A stretch of 64,000 nt of DNA from Octopus sinensis. Taxonomy: Eukaryota. Shown piece after piece: positions 12,666 to 24,572 of this stretch (within the stretch, counting starts at the first letter, position 1; every line of letters begins with the position of its first letter). Location: assembly GCF_006345805.1 (NCBI RefSeq), contig NC_043008.1, positions 27,280,001 through 27,344,000 of the forward strand, in the 5' to 3' direction. The notes below the pieces were generated by a model that was not told the origin of the DNA, did not search any database, and saw only the letters and a program-made list of their open reading frames with translations. The position numbers and the translations under genes are program-made.

Positions 12666-13836
12666 CTAGTATATAGTTGTTCTTTGTTGATTAGGGGTCT
12701 CCTGTTGTGATTTATGGTGTGTGTTCTTGGAGCAGTATTGAGGAGAGCATCCCGATATCCCATATTCGGGTGTGGTGTTCTAGGAGGCCTTCGTTGGTAA
12801 TCATTGCAAGTGGTGTGGGTTTGTTGTGCATGGTTGTTTAACCGGTTAATGGGACGAAGATTTCGTTGGTAACTCCTTTGGGTGGGGATGAGGTTGCAGT
12901 GTCTATGCTGTGGGTGTTGATTTATCCTTTCTCTGCTTGAAGTGGGGGTATTCCTGATATTGTATCGCTGGCTGCTTACAGAGTTAGGGTTAGGTCCTGT
13001 ATTCTTTTTTTGATAGTAGTGAAGGTTCCGATTTTTAGACAGGTGTGTATCGGTGTTTGGGTGTTGTTTTGGTTTTCTTATTTTCTGGAAAGGGTTGTTG
13101 GAGGCGTGCTCTGTTTGAAAGACGGCTTCATAGTCTGAGAACCAAGTGGCGCTTTTCTCCCAGCGTTGGAGAGATTTTAGTTCTTCTTTTTCACAGTCCT
13201 CTTTCCATAGTTTGGAGAACTTCTCTTGATCTGGGCCTTGGGTCATTTTGCGAATTTCTTCGTTGATATCTTCATCGGTGGATTTTATTTTATCCTCATT
13301 CGTTTGGGCCCTCAATTTCAGAAGTTCTATTTCCATTTTCATTTTTTCCAGTGCCATTCTCTCCCTGAGGTGTCTTTGTGTTTCAGGTTCTTCTGTAATA
13401 GCTTTGAACTGGAATTTACGTGGGAGGATTAACGGGGTCCGGTTGAGCCATTTTTCGTATATATCCGCTTTGTTGTTGTTTTGGATCATCTTCCAAAAGG
13501 CGAACTTTCTATCTCTGAGTGATTTGTTCCATTGTGGTATTATGTGGTGTTTCATTTGGTATGTTGTTAGAGTATTGATCCCATATATTGACTCGTTTGG
13601 AGGTCCTTGTTAGCGTTGTTAGAGAAAAATGTTCTAATTGTTTCGCATAAGTTTCCAAGGTTTTCGACAATTTCGGAGGTTGTATTTTTCGTATCTGTTT
13701 CTTCATTGTTCTCTCGATTGGGTTGAAGTGTCGAGTCGAATTTGTTCAAAAAAGTTGACAAATTTGTGTTGATTTTCTTGAGTTCTTTCAGTATTTCTTC
13801 GTTTATGGAGGTGATTGTGTCTGTTTTTGTCGGCAT
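12602..13836 (-). CDS. PLE ORF1, coiled-coil/low-complexity protein (copy 2, 1-nt deletion near 13608)
   Basis: Begins MPTKTD at ATG 13836. Joins the 317-aa ORF if the T missing relative to copy 1 (ggtccttg vs ggtcctttg) is restored. Helical charged middle (ERMALEKMKMEIELLKLRAQ) and an N/R/H/P-rich tail. Confidence 0.8.
12635..12641 (-). promoter_or_regulatory. Candidate -1 frameshift slippery heptamer U-UUU-UUA (copy 2)
   Basis: CAT TTT TTA GAC in the ORF1 frame, inside the ORF1/ORF2 overlap. ORF2 is in the -1 frame. Confidence 0.6.
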
Positions 13837-13956
13837 TTTCTGTATCTCGTGTGGGTTAATGATATGTATAAGGGTGAAAAGGAACACACGAGTTGATATA
13901 TATGAAAAAACAAGTAAAAAATAGAAAATGCTAAAATAATTTTATAGTGAACATTT

Positions 13957-13994
13957 CAGTACCGGTTTCGGTCATTTTGAGACCTTTTCAACTG
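13957..13994 (-). ncRNA. Minimal type I hammerhead ribozyme (copy 3)
   Basis: Identical 38-nt motif. Confidence 0.85.
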
Positions 13995-14738
13995 TAACGA
14001 TTAAATAATTAAATTTAGAAAAATTAGAAGAAAAGTTTTTTTAAAAGAATATTTCTATAGTAGTGTTCAGATTTAAGTGGCATTCTGCCTTTCTCTGACT
14101 CCCTTGTTTGCACTTGTGTGTTCGAGGTAGTTGTGAGTTCTTGGTAGGGTAGTAGAGGGAAGGCTGGTGAGGAAAGGGGGGTGGGAGAATCTGGGAGTGC
14201 CCTGATGGTCGTATTTTGAATGGTCAGTGGCGGCTGGCAGTCTCAGTTCAATTCAGGAGAATATTTATATTGACAGGCTTGTTTATAGAATTAGCGTAGG
14301 TGTTATACTAAAAAACATTAGTGACAAACTTAAGGGGTAGGGGGTGGAGAAGAAGAAGAAGAAGAAGAAGAAGAAGAAGGAGAAGGAGAAGGAGAAGATG
14401 ACGATGATGGTGATGGTGGTGATGATGGTGGCGATGATGATGATGCCGATGATGATGATAACGATGATGATGAAGAAGAAGAAGAAGAAGAAGAAGAAGG
14501 AGGAGAAGGAGAAGATGGTGGTGATGATGGTGGCGATGATGATGATGCCGATGATGATGATAACGATGATGATGAAGAAGAAGAGGAAGAAGAAAAAGAA
14601 GACAAAAAAAAACAGAGAAGGGAGAATATGAATGGGTGTAAATATAGCTATGAAGGGGCTGATTAGTAATGGATTCTATGGAGTGTAGTATTGTGTGTGT
14701 ATATATATTTTTTTCTTTTATTCTAAAGTTGAGGTATA

Positions 14739-15011
14739 TTAATTGTTTGTCGTAGACCCGTTAAGGAGTGGCTTGTATTTTGTAATAAAGAGATTTTCTT
14801 TACTTATTCGTTGTCTCGAGGTTGTATCGTCCCTAAATTGGTAGAGGGGGAAAATTCTGAAGTTTGGTGTTTTTTTGTTGGCGCAAGTATCTATGTGTTG
14901 GCTAAAAGCTATTTTTCTGTTTTGGGGAATTTTTATCTGGGATCTGTGCAGAGCCATTCGTTTACGCAAACCATTTTTTGTTTGGCCTATGTACTGCTCT
15001 TGACACCCGGA

Positions 15012-15014
<3 letters not shown>
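14739..15014 (-). pseudogene. 3' portion of GIY-YIG endonuclease within the upstream pseudo-LTR
   Basis: Matches the ORF2 C-terminus, with one synonymous difference seen at ~14952. Confidence 0.9.
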
Positions 15015-15059
<45 letters not shown>

Positions 15060-15060
15060 G

Positions 15061-15372
15061 CAGAGAGCCATCTCGATCACGAATGATTATGATATTTCAC
15101 CTAGAAGTTCGGGCAAGGCTGTTTATGGAACACCAGCAGTCGCCCATGCATACCAGCCTACCACACCACCAATGTCATTCAAGAGAAAGGCAAATGCCAA
15201 TACAGTTTGGCACCAGTGACGTTGCAACTCCTTTCTGCAGCTGAGTGAACTGGAGCAACGTGAAATAAAGTCTTGCTCAAGAACACAACACTCATACCGG
15301 TTAGGTCCAGGGTTCGAACTCACATCATGGTCGTAAGCTCGACGCTCTAACCACTGAGCCATGCGCCTTCAC
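15061..15372 (-). mobile_element. tRNA-derived SINE
   Basis: A box TGGCTCAGTGG, B box GTTCGAACC, core TTCTTGAGCAAGAC. Confidence 0.8.
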
Positions 15373-15395
15373 TATATATATATATATATATATAT

Positions 15396-15967
15396 ACACC
15401 CAGGTCTACTCCCCATTTTCCTTTTAGGAGTGAGTATCCATAACAAGACACATACCAGGCATTTCATTCATCCCCTAGATTCATATTCTATGCTCGGGTC
15501 AAGGCATAGTATGCAATCCCTAGTACCAGCAGCGGGGCTCGACAGCATATGCTGGTTTAACCTCGACACATCATGATGGTTCCGTACCCCTTTGAGCATC
15601 AACAAAATTCACTTATCCGTCCACAGAAAGCGAGGTCTGTCTCTGGTTCTGCTGCCTACCGCTTCAGCCTTAATCCCCCTCTTTACCATCCGCTCCTCAT
15701 CCATCTTTTCCATGAGGCCAAACCATGTTAACGTCCGTCTATCTAATTTGTTTGTTAGTTCTTCTCTCATTACTGCTCATCTACGAACTTCCTCACTCCT
15801 CATACTGTCCATCTATGTCACACGAACCATAGCCCTCAGACATCTCATCTCAAATATAGTCAGTTGACTCCTTTCCGCGCCTCTCAGCCCCCACGTCTCT
15901 GCGCCATATAACATTGTCGGCACAATAACACTCTCATACACACCTCTTTTCGTTGGGGCACTACCGT
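15396..15967 (-). mobile_element. RTE-type LINE 3' fragment
   Basis: VYESVIVPTMLYGAETW..FEMRCLR, then WFG..E.M and R..GRPR.RF.D. Confidence 0.8.
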
Positions 15968-15969
15968 TG

Positions 15970-16013
<44 letters not shown>

Positions 16014-16029
16014 GTATGCATTTTTTATG

Positions 16030-16250
16030 TTTTAGTTATTTCAGTCATTTGAATGTGCCAATGCTAGGGCACCGCCTTGTATGTCGAACAAATGAAACCC
16101 AGGACCTATTTTACTTTTAGCCTAGTATTTATTATATCGGATTTTTGTCGAGCCACTAGGTTACGGGGATATAAAAACACCGACACCGGTTGCCAAGTGG
16201 TGGTGGGGGACAAACACAGACATGAAAACACACACAGATAGATACGCATA
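16030..16250 (-). mobile_element. SINE 3' part
   Basis: Reverse-complement similarity to 1570-1722 and 35455-35660. Confidence 0.6.
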
Positions 16251-19200
16251 CACACATGCATACAGACCCAGAAGGCTTTGCTTAGCCCAAAGCTGGAGTA
16301 GAATAGTAGAAGACACCTTCCCAAGCCAGCAAGCTTCATATGTCACAACCTCACCTGCGCATATATATATATATATATATATATAAATGTGTGTGTGTGT
16401 GCGCGCGTGTGTGTGTATGTATGTATGCATATACATTCATGCTTACACGCACTCACACACGCATATACACACATATATATATATGGCGGTGTGTGTGTGT
16501 GTGTGCTTATATTCAGATATGTATATGACTGTTGTTATTTACATATATATATTTAAACATATGAACGTGTGTAAAGGTACAGAGAGAGAGAAGGGGAAGA
16601 GAGAAAGTAAGAGAGAGAGAGAGTTCTGTCTCTCCAATTTTAATATGTTTTTAACGATAATCTAGATTTTGTAGATGATAATTCTCAAACATCCAGAGAT
16701 TAATATTTGATTCATCCTAATGGTAGTTGAATGAAGAATATTAGCTATATACTTAAATGAAACTGAATATATTGAGGAAAATACATAATGAAGAGCGTAT
16801 ATAGCAAGAATGTATATTTTTGCGACTGATATATAAAATGGATATACTCGTCATTCATCTGATAAAGGAAAACAGAAAACTACTGTTTATTTCAAATTAA
16901 GAAAAGATGTAAGCGTATTACTAAAATAAATATCAAATAAATATTCATTACATCAGCTTTAGTTTATCAACTTTCATGGCATTTAGCATAATGAATGGTC
17001 ATTATTAATATTTTAGTAAAGTTTATCAAATTTATCAAGAAAATATCGGGAGAAGCTTTGCATAACTATATAGCGAATATTTTCATTATAACGGCTATAT
17101 GTTCTCTGTAAACTCATATCATTAATGAATCATTAATTACTGTTATATATCTATAAGTTATTTATATATTCCTTAGAAAGAATCAGAAATTAGAAGAAAA
17201 GAGATATTCTGTCTAAATATAAATTATTTAGATATAAGCAAAAAAATAAATGTTATTCCCAGCAACCAAGGAATTTATTAGTTATTTTCGACATTTTCTT
17301 TTTCAGAATGACACAAGAAAATGTAAAATGGAAGCTAGACTATTAAGTTGACTATATGTTGGGAAAAATAGAAATTATTGATTGGAATATATATCATAAA
17401 GGTATTATTGAATTTATTTATTAAGAATGCAATATATGAAATAATCTATTTATTAACCTTGAGGTCAAAGAATATTTCGTTTAAAGATATGCTCAGTGTA
17501 TATACTATACCACGTATGTTTTGATCATAATCGACAGATTATGACAAACTTAGAAACAAAGAAATTTAATATTTATAGTAAATGTTAAATCAATTAAGAA
17601 ACAGTTTTCTTATGCTTATATTAATCGACTGAAAAGAAATATATTGATTTATATTAACAATATAGAAAGAACTGGAGGAAATAAAATCTTAGTATATCAT
17701 ATATTACTTACGAATAACAATAATAATTAGTATGTTTAATATTAATTATATATCCCAAGTAGAGATTATAAAAAAATTAATGCAAAATCAGAATTATATT
17801 ATTTGAGGCAAGATTTTGAAGAGTTCATTCTGTATTCTACATGTACTTGTCAAATGCTACCAACTAATTCACATTTCAATATGAGACACGAAAACTAAAT
17901 TAACAGAAATGAATGTAGGATGAGTAAATGTTTCTTGAAAACCATTTAAAAAATTATTGATTGGTCAATATATATCTTAGGCGGTGCGTGGTGTTTGTGC
18001 GTCCGTTTGGGTAATGCAGATATTTCTATGTCTCTACAATCTCGCAAAAATATACGTATTTATATACAAGCATAAGGAATGAAGTTTTATCCTATGTGTT
18101 GAGTACAGGTTTCCACATCAATGTTCATGCTGTTCCTTACAACAAATTCAGATCATTTTTTGTCGTTTCTCTTTGCTTCTGTGATGTATTTAAGCGAGAG
18201 CTACATTTCTCTCATGTAAAATGATTCGACTTCTTTTGACCTTTTTCCTTAAATCTGTTCCAGTGCACATTCCTATTTCTAGTGACGAATACGCTACTTG
18301 ATCAGTGACTTGTGTCTTCCTCTTTTATTAACACCCTAAACATTTTGAAACAAAAGCAACTGCGAATATCAGGTGCGGTAGGATTCCTTTGTTGTCATAT
18401 ATTGTACAAGGTTCAGCTATAATCAGTTTTGTTAATACAGGAATGACATCATGTTTATCGGTTGCGTTAACTGCAAGAGATATTTAAGACCTTGTTTAAG
18501 CAGAATGAATGAATTTAATCTTTCTTGAAGCTTTAGTACTTAGTCCATAGCTCTGCATTATATATCAGTGTTATCACTGATCATGTCTCCGACTTATATA
18601 AGTCATTGCACAGGTTCTTTTAATATTACCATGCCTTTTTAAAATGTGTTCATAAAATTGTGGCTGTTTTACCTATCCTACTAATCCCTTCTTCCGTTGA
18701 ACCAACAGAAATATCATAACAGGGCCTTTGTAGGAAAATGTAACTAAAGCATATATATTCATGGTAATGTCTTTCTACTTCCTACTTACTGAAAATATTT
18801 GCATACTAAAAACTGCTTGTAGATCACTTGTTATAGCATTGACTCAATCTAAGTAACACGTGATGCATTCAAACAATAGATATAGAAGCTTACATTTTAG
18901 TACTTTGGTGTATGGTATCGGTTGTTTTATTTATACATCAGTTTTGTAATGGAGGGAAGCTACATTTTGCGTTTCTCTGAATGTACACAAAACTCAGTCA
19001 GCACAATATTTCAAACCCTCCCTGACATCAATTTTTATATGAAAACAATTTGAAATGGAACCCTAAAATTCTACAGTGGTCTTCGTAACCTCGTAGACGG
19101 TGGCCACTAGCATAAGCAATATCAAAGGGCTCAGTATCTAAAATACATATAAACTGTTGACGTTATCAAATAATTTAGATTATGTAGATATACGAAGACA

Positions 19201-21381
19201 TTATTACGCACCTGTTCCTATTTACGGAATTTTTCCTGAAGCTTATACAATCAGAGTATCATGTCAATGGTAGATTGGCTCGTCATGACTAACATTGAGA
19301 TTATTAAGGTATACATTCTCCGAGATCTAGAGGATAAGAATACTTTTCCTGTATTAGCCAGTTAAAAATGTTCTCTATAGTTATTTAAGTCACCCTTGTT
19401 TGTTTTCTACATATACCGTTTTGTGATGCTGTATATTGTAAAGTTTAGTGTTATCAGTTCTTTCTCAAAGAGACATAAGGGAAAGAAACCTTGTTATCTG
19501 AGAGGAGCTCTGTCGAGAGCTACTTGACAGATAATTTTTCACCGTTGAGTTTGACTTACTATTTACATTTTTGTTTTATTTTAGAAAGTTATAGCTCCAT
19601 TATCAACTACATCATTAATATTCCGTTTTTCGAGTAATTAGAACAGTGCTCAATTTATCTGCCTAGTTGCTCTGTAGGAATTTGAATCAGAAAAACAGTT
19701 ACGACCTTAAGTGTGAAAATTCGATTAGATAAGGAATGCGAGCAATCTTTGTTGCAAAGAATCAAAGTAAATTCTAACAGCCGTATACATGTGTGCAAGC
19801 TGTTCTTCATGCTTTCAATTTTACTATTCTGAACTGATTTGAGTATTCCGTTGGTCACGTATATTCAGAAGAATAGATGCATGAGGGCTTTTTTAAAAGC
19901 CATTTCACTTTAGATGATTTACCTGTCCAAAATATTTTGATAATGATATCAGGGAGTTACTCAGCAGCTAAAAGAGTAACCCATGTCCCATTTTCTCTTA
20001 TAAAATACAATTTTATGATATCCACATTTTTCATGTTTATTGCGTTTAATGTCCGCTCAGGTGGTTGCTTTTGATTTTGAAAATTGTCTCGCTATTTTGG
20101 TCGTAAAAAAAAGAGGATGTCTTTGGTATAGTTATCGTCGTACTTTTAAAGTTTTCCGACAGCACAAGCAAAACAGAAACCGCACATATCACAAGTGACG
20201 CCAATGTCCAGGTCAAGAAAATTTTCAGCAAATTTTAATGTTGTAGAATGTGTTTGTTACACTGAGATTTGAGAGGAGAAATTTAATGACCACGGATTCT
20301 TTTAGCTGATCACGCCAACCCTAATCTGTGTTAAGTCAGACCAGCCCACGTACGGATTTCCTATTCGAGTGGTGGAGTCGTCTAAATCAAATACACTTGC
20401 TTTCTAGCCAATTTGTAATTTCCTGTAAATCTACGCAGAATTTGGTTTTGCATTTTATGTCTGCTTGAAGAATTTTTACAAATAATGCTTGGTTTATATA
20501 TTCAAGGTCAAGACGAGCTCGTTCTTTCCGTTGGGCATGTTTATAGTGATAAAGAATTTGTCGCTGGCAATATCTATCTGTTCCATGAAACTGCGACGTT
20601 ACCAGTAAAACGTATAATGCATTTCCTTCAAGACAAATAGTCAAACAACTGTGCTTCGTAGGGCAGCAAAACTTTTGTATTTTGTTAGTAAATAATTTCT
20701 ATTTTCTTGATCATATAATTCAGAAACATATCAAGTATTTAAATTCCAGTGTAGCTTGTTGTTAGATACTATTTCTAAATGTGAGTGAGGTTGGTTTTTT
20801 GTTTCTGTTGACTGAATACTCAACTTAAGTTTCTCTTCGGTTTATCATCATTCGGTAGCTCATTCTTTGAGAAGCAGTAAATAATTAGGCTAATTAGTTT
20901 TTTTACATTCAGAGATGACCTGTCGTCAGTGTCCTCAGTATAACGAAACTGAAAAGTTTGTAACACAAACTACTCCGCAACTGCTAGTAAGAGGAGTGTC
21001 ACAAGACTGATAGGATTAAGATAAAGTCATAACACTCAGTAGCTCGTGCTATATTTCAGAAAGAATTATCAATTGATAAGGTGATTAGACAATCAACATG
21101 CTTAAAACTCAGACGCGTCAAGTGGATCGTAAAAAGGATTGTTCCAAACCCCCTTCTCCGCTAACTGCCAAAGTATATCTTCCTTCTAGGTATATTTATT
21201 GTTCACTTTTTCCGAAATTTGAGCACCCATATTGCATGCAATATACAGCCGACTATAAGGTGATTTTGTTCTACAATAGCGACTGAACGTATAGGCTTTT
21301 CAAGATCAACAAACGGTGTACTGTTCAGTATATCACATTTATCGAAAAACACTTACACATACAAATACATACTCTTATTTA

Positions 21382-21438
<57 letters not shown>

Positions 21439-21441
<3 letters not shown>

Positions 21442-22775
21442 GTCATCATCATCATCATCATCGTTTAACGCCCGCTTTCCATGCTAGCATGGGTTGGACG
21501 ATTTTTACTGAGGGCTAGCGAACCAGACGTCAGCACCAGGCTCTAATCGTGATCTAGCAGAGTTTTTACGGCTGGATGACCTTCCTAACGCCAACCACTC
21601 CGAGAGTGTAGTGGGTGCTTGTTACGGCACGGAAGCCGGTTAGCCGCTCTGTCAACGATCACATTCGTATGGTGCTCTTTGCACCCCGCTAGCACGGATG
21701 CCAGTCGTCGAATTTGATTTTGATTTTGATTTCACTTGCCTCAACAGGTCTTCGCAAGCAGAAGGAAAAGGTACGCATAAGCGGTCTGGTTACGCTCCTG
21801 GCATAGGCCACAGGTTATGGTCTCATTTGGCTTGTCGGGTCTTCTCAAGCACAGCATATTTCCAAAAGTCTCGGTCGCTAGTTATTTCCTTGGTAAGGCC
21901 TTATGTTCGAAGGTCGTGCTTCACCACTTCATTGCAGGTCTTCCTGGGTCTACCTCTTCCACAGGTTCCCACAACCGCTAGGGCGTGGCACCTTTCCACA
22001 CAGCTATCCTCATCCATTCTCGCTACATGACCATACCAGCGCAGTCGTATCTCTTGCACACCACATCTAATGTTTCTTAGTTCCAAATTTTCTCTCAAGG
22101 TACTTACACTCTGTCGAGCATGCACACTGACATTACACATACATTGGATCATACTGGCTTACGCATGTCCTCAGCAGTCACAACCAATGTTTCACTGTCA
22201 TGTAGCATGGCCGTTCGTACACAAGCGTCATAAGCCTACCTTTTACACTGAGCGAGAGACCCTTTGTCACCAGCAGAGATAAGAGCTCTCTGAACTTTGC
22301 CCAAGCTATTCTTATTCTAGCAGCTACACTTTCAGCGCATCCTCCTCCGTTACTGACTTGGTCACCTAGGTAACGGAAGCTATCAACTACTTCTCGTTTT
22401 TTCTCCCTGGAATGTGGCGGAAGTTGGTCTCTGCGCATTTTCAGTGTTTATTGCTCCCGAGCATCTGCCACACACGAAAACTGTCTTCTCAGTTAGCCTT
22501 TCTTTGATATTACTGCACCTCTTATGTGTCCATAGCTTACACTGGGTACATCTTATAGAGTTTCTACCTACGCCTCTACTACAGATCGTGCAGGTCCATC
22601 TACCTGAAGGGATTTGTGGTTTGCCTGCCTTCCTACTTATTAGGACTTTGGTTTTAACTAGGTTGATTCTAAGGCCCTTCGATTCTAACCCTTGTTTCCA
22701 CACTTGAAACTTCTCCTCTAGTTCTGATAGTGACTCAGTAATTAGAGCAAGGTCATCAGCATAGAGGACCTCCCG
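21439..22775 (-). mobile_element. 5'-truncated RTE-like LINE with a PHD-type finger inside RT
   Basis: LYADDLAL, INLVKTKVL, C4HC3 cluster, VDSFRYLGD, RLRWYGHV, GRGRPRKT. (GAT)n tail and several frameshifts. Confidence 0.88.
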
Positions 22776-24361
22776 TGTGGCTGTGTGGGAGAAAGTTTGC
22801 TTCCCAACCACATGCTTCCGGGCTCACTCCTCTGTATGCCCCTTTGGAGAAGCGAATTTTGTAATAGCTCAATGCTGACCAAGGCATCAAGGCATCGTGA
22901 GTTGATTCGATAGGTGGAAAGTGAAAGAATTATGTTGTACACACACATATATATATATATATATGATTGTGTGTGTGTGAGTGTGTATGTATGTATGTAT
23001 AAATGTGTGTGTGCCTGCGTATTGTTTATGTGTAGTCGTGTGTATCTATGCCTATATGAGTATGTATGTATTTTTTTTATTCGGTGTATACCATTGCTTC
23101 AAAACCAGTGTTGATTTGTTTACGTCCCCATAACGTAGTGGTTCGTCAGAGGAATCTGAGCGAATAATATACCAGGTTTAAACAAGAGAAAATAAGTACT
23201 TCGGGTGATCCGTTTGACTAAACACTTCTAGACATTTATCACATCAATGCATATCCCCAGCGTGTCTCTCTAACGTCTCTTGAGCCGTTACAAATATTTC
23301 TCCTGTCCGGTTCTGCAACATTTAATCCAATGATTTCGGAATTACAGGGTGACATTTAACAATTTTGTATCACATCTGTCACATGTTTTTTATTGGCAGG
23401 CACAATCACTTTTAGTAGCAGTAAGCTCTTTAGACGTTTTCAATTATCTGGTTGCAGAAATGTAATTTTTAAGCCATGTACCACGAACTTGAAATATATA
23501 TTTAATTACGGTACAAAAGGACAGCCATTGGGAAAGCTAGTGTAATATGAACACACTTTATTCGAAATATATAATGCGTGGTACATTATGTATAGCTGTA
23601 TAACATTTGTAAATTTAATACGGCAAAAATAGCCAATGCATATTACATTCAAAGAAGACATTAGTAACAAATTAAACCCAATTGATAAGCAGTAAGTGCA
23701 AGTAGGTTAACGAAGCGACAGAAGTTTTTTTTTATATTGCGGAATTAATATCAAAAATTATCATAGTTGTTTATCGATAATGCAGTATGTAAATATATGG
23801 GTAGCGTTTGGAATGCACAGGTTGTGTTTGAAGGCAGTTGTTAGGTGAATGTGTATTAGTTCAAACGAGTAACAGTTTAGACGAGTAAAAGATGAGACGA
23901 AGTAAGTTTAGACGAAGTAACTAAAGAAGTTATGTATCTGGCCAAAATGGCATTGTGAAAGATTATTTGCAGTAAATATTTGCCAATTATTCTGACGGCC
24001 TAGCCTGTGGAAGAGCAATGCAGTTCTAGATATGTGAGTAGTAATCTAATATGCTGTTGCAATTCATATTTCTTCAAAATTACGAAATATTTTCTTCAAT
24101 GAAATATAAGAATTTTTTTCCCTTTTAGCATATTTGTTTCTACATATGAGCCAGTGCTTTATGAAAGGACCGTGGCTGTCTGAAATAATCGTTGAAGATA
24201 GGAATAACTAGAATTTACACTGAGTTAAAACTAACTATGCTGATAAAGAGTGAAAAGACTATTGCGCTCTAAAACTATTTAGTAGATATATGAAAATGTG
24301 TGAGTGGTAAAGAAGACCTGTTGTTGCTGCTGTTAAATTTGTTGTTGTTGCTGTCCCCTCT

Positions 24362-24379
24362 TCCACCACCACCACTACC

Positions 24380-24438
<59 letters not shown>

Positions 24439-24532
24439 AATCCCCACCAACACCACTACCACCACCACTGCCACCACGACCACCACCACCAAGACTACTA
24501 CTACTACTACTACCACCACCGCCACCACCACC

Positions 24533-24570
<38 letters not shown>

Positions 24571-24572
24571 AC
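24362..24572. repeat. (CCA)n/(CTA)n compound microsatellite
   Basis: Directly visible. Confidence 0.95.

Larger units (their letters stand above)
5015..15014 (-). mobile_element. Penelope-like element (EN+, Neptune/Naiad-like), tandem array of ~2.26 units
   Basis: Near-identical units start at 5015, 9434 and 13862 (periods 4419 and 4428 bp). The third unit is truncated at 15014 inside the GIY-YIG coding region, forming a pseudo-LTR. RT + GIY-YIG ORF and a hammerhead in each unit. (TA)n on both flanks. Confidence 0.96.

Noticed and set aside
15290-15372. tRNA gene (also 2298-2370, 4160-4236)
   Set aside because: A and B boxes are present but there is no complete cloverleaf or acceptor stem, and the sequence continues into SINE body. 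These are SINE heads.
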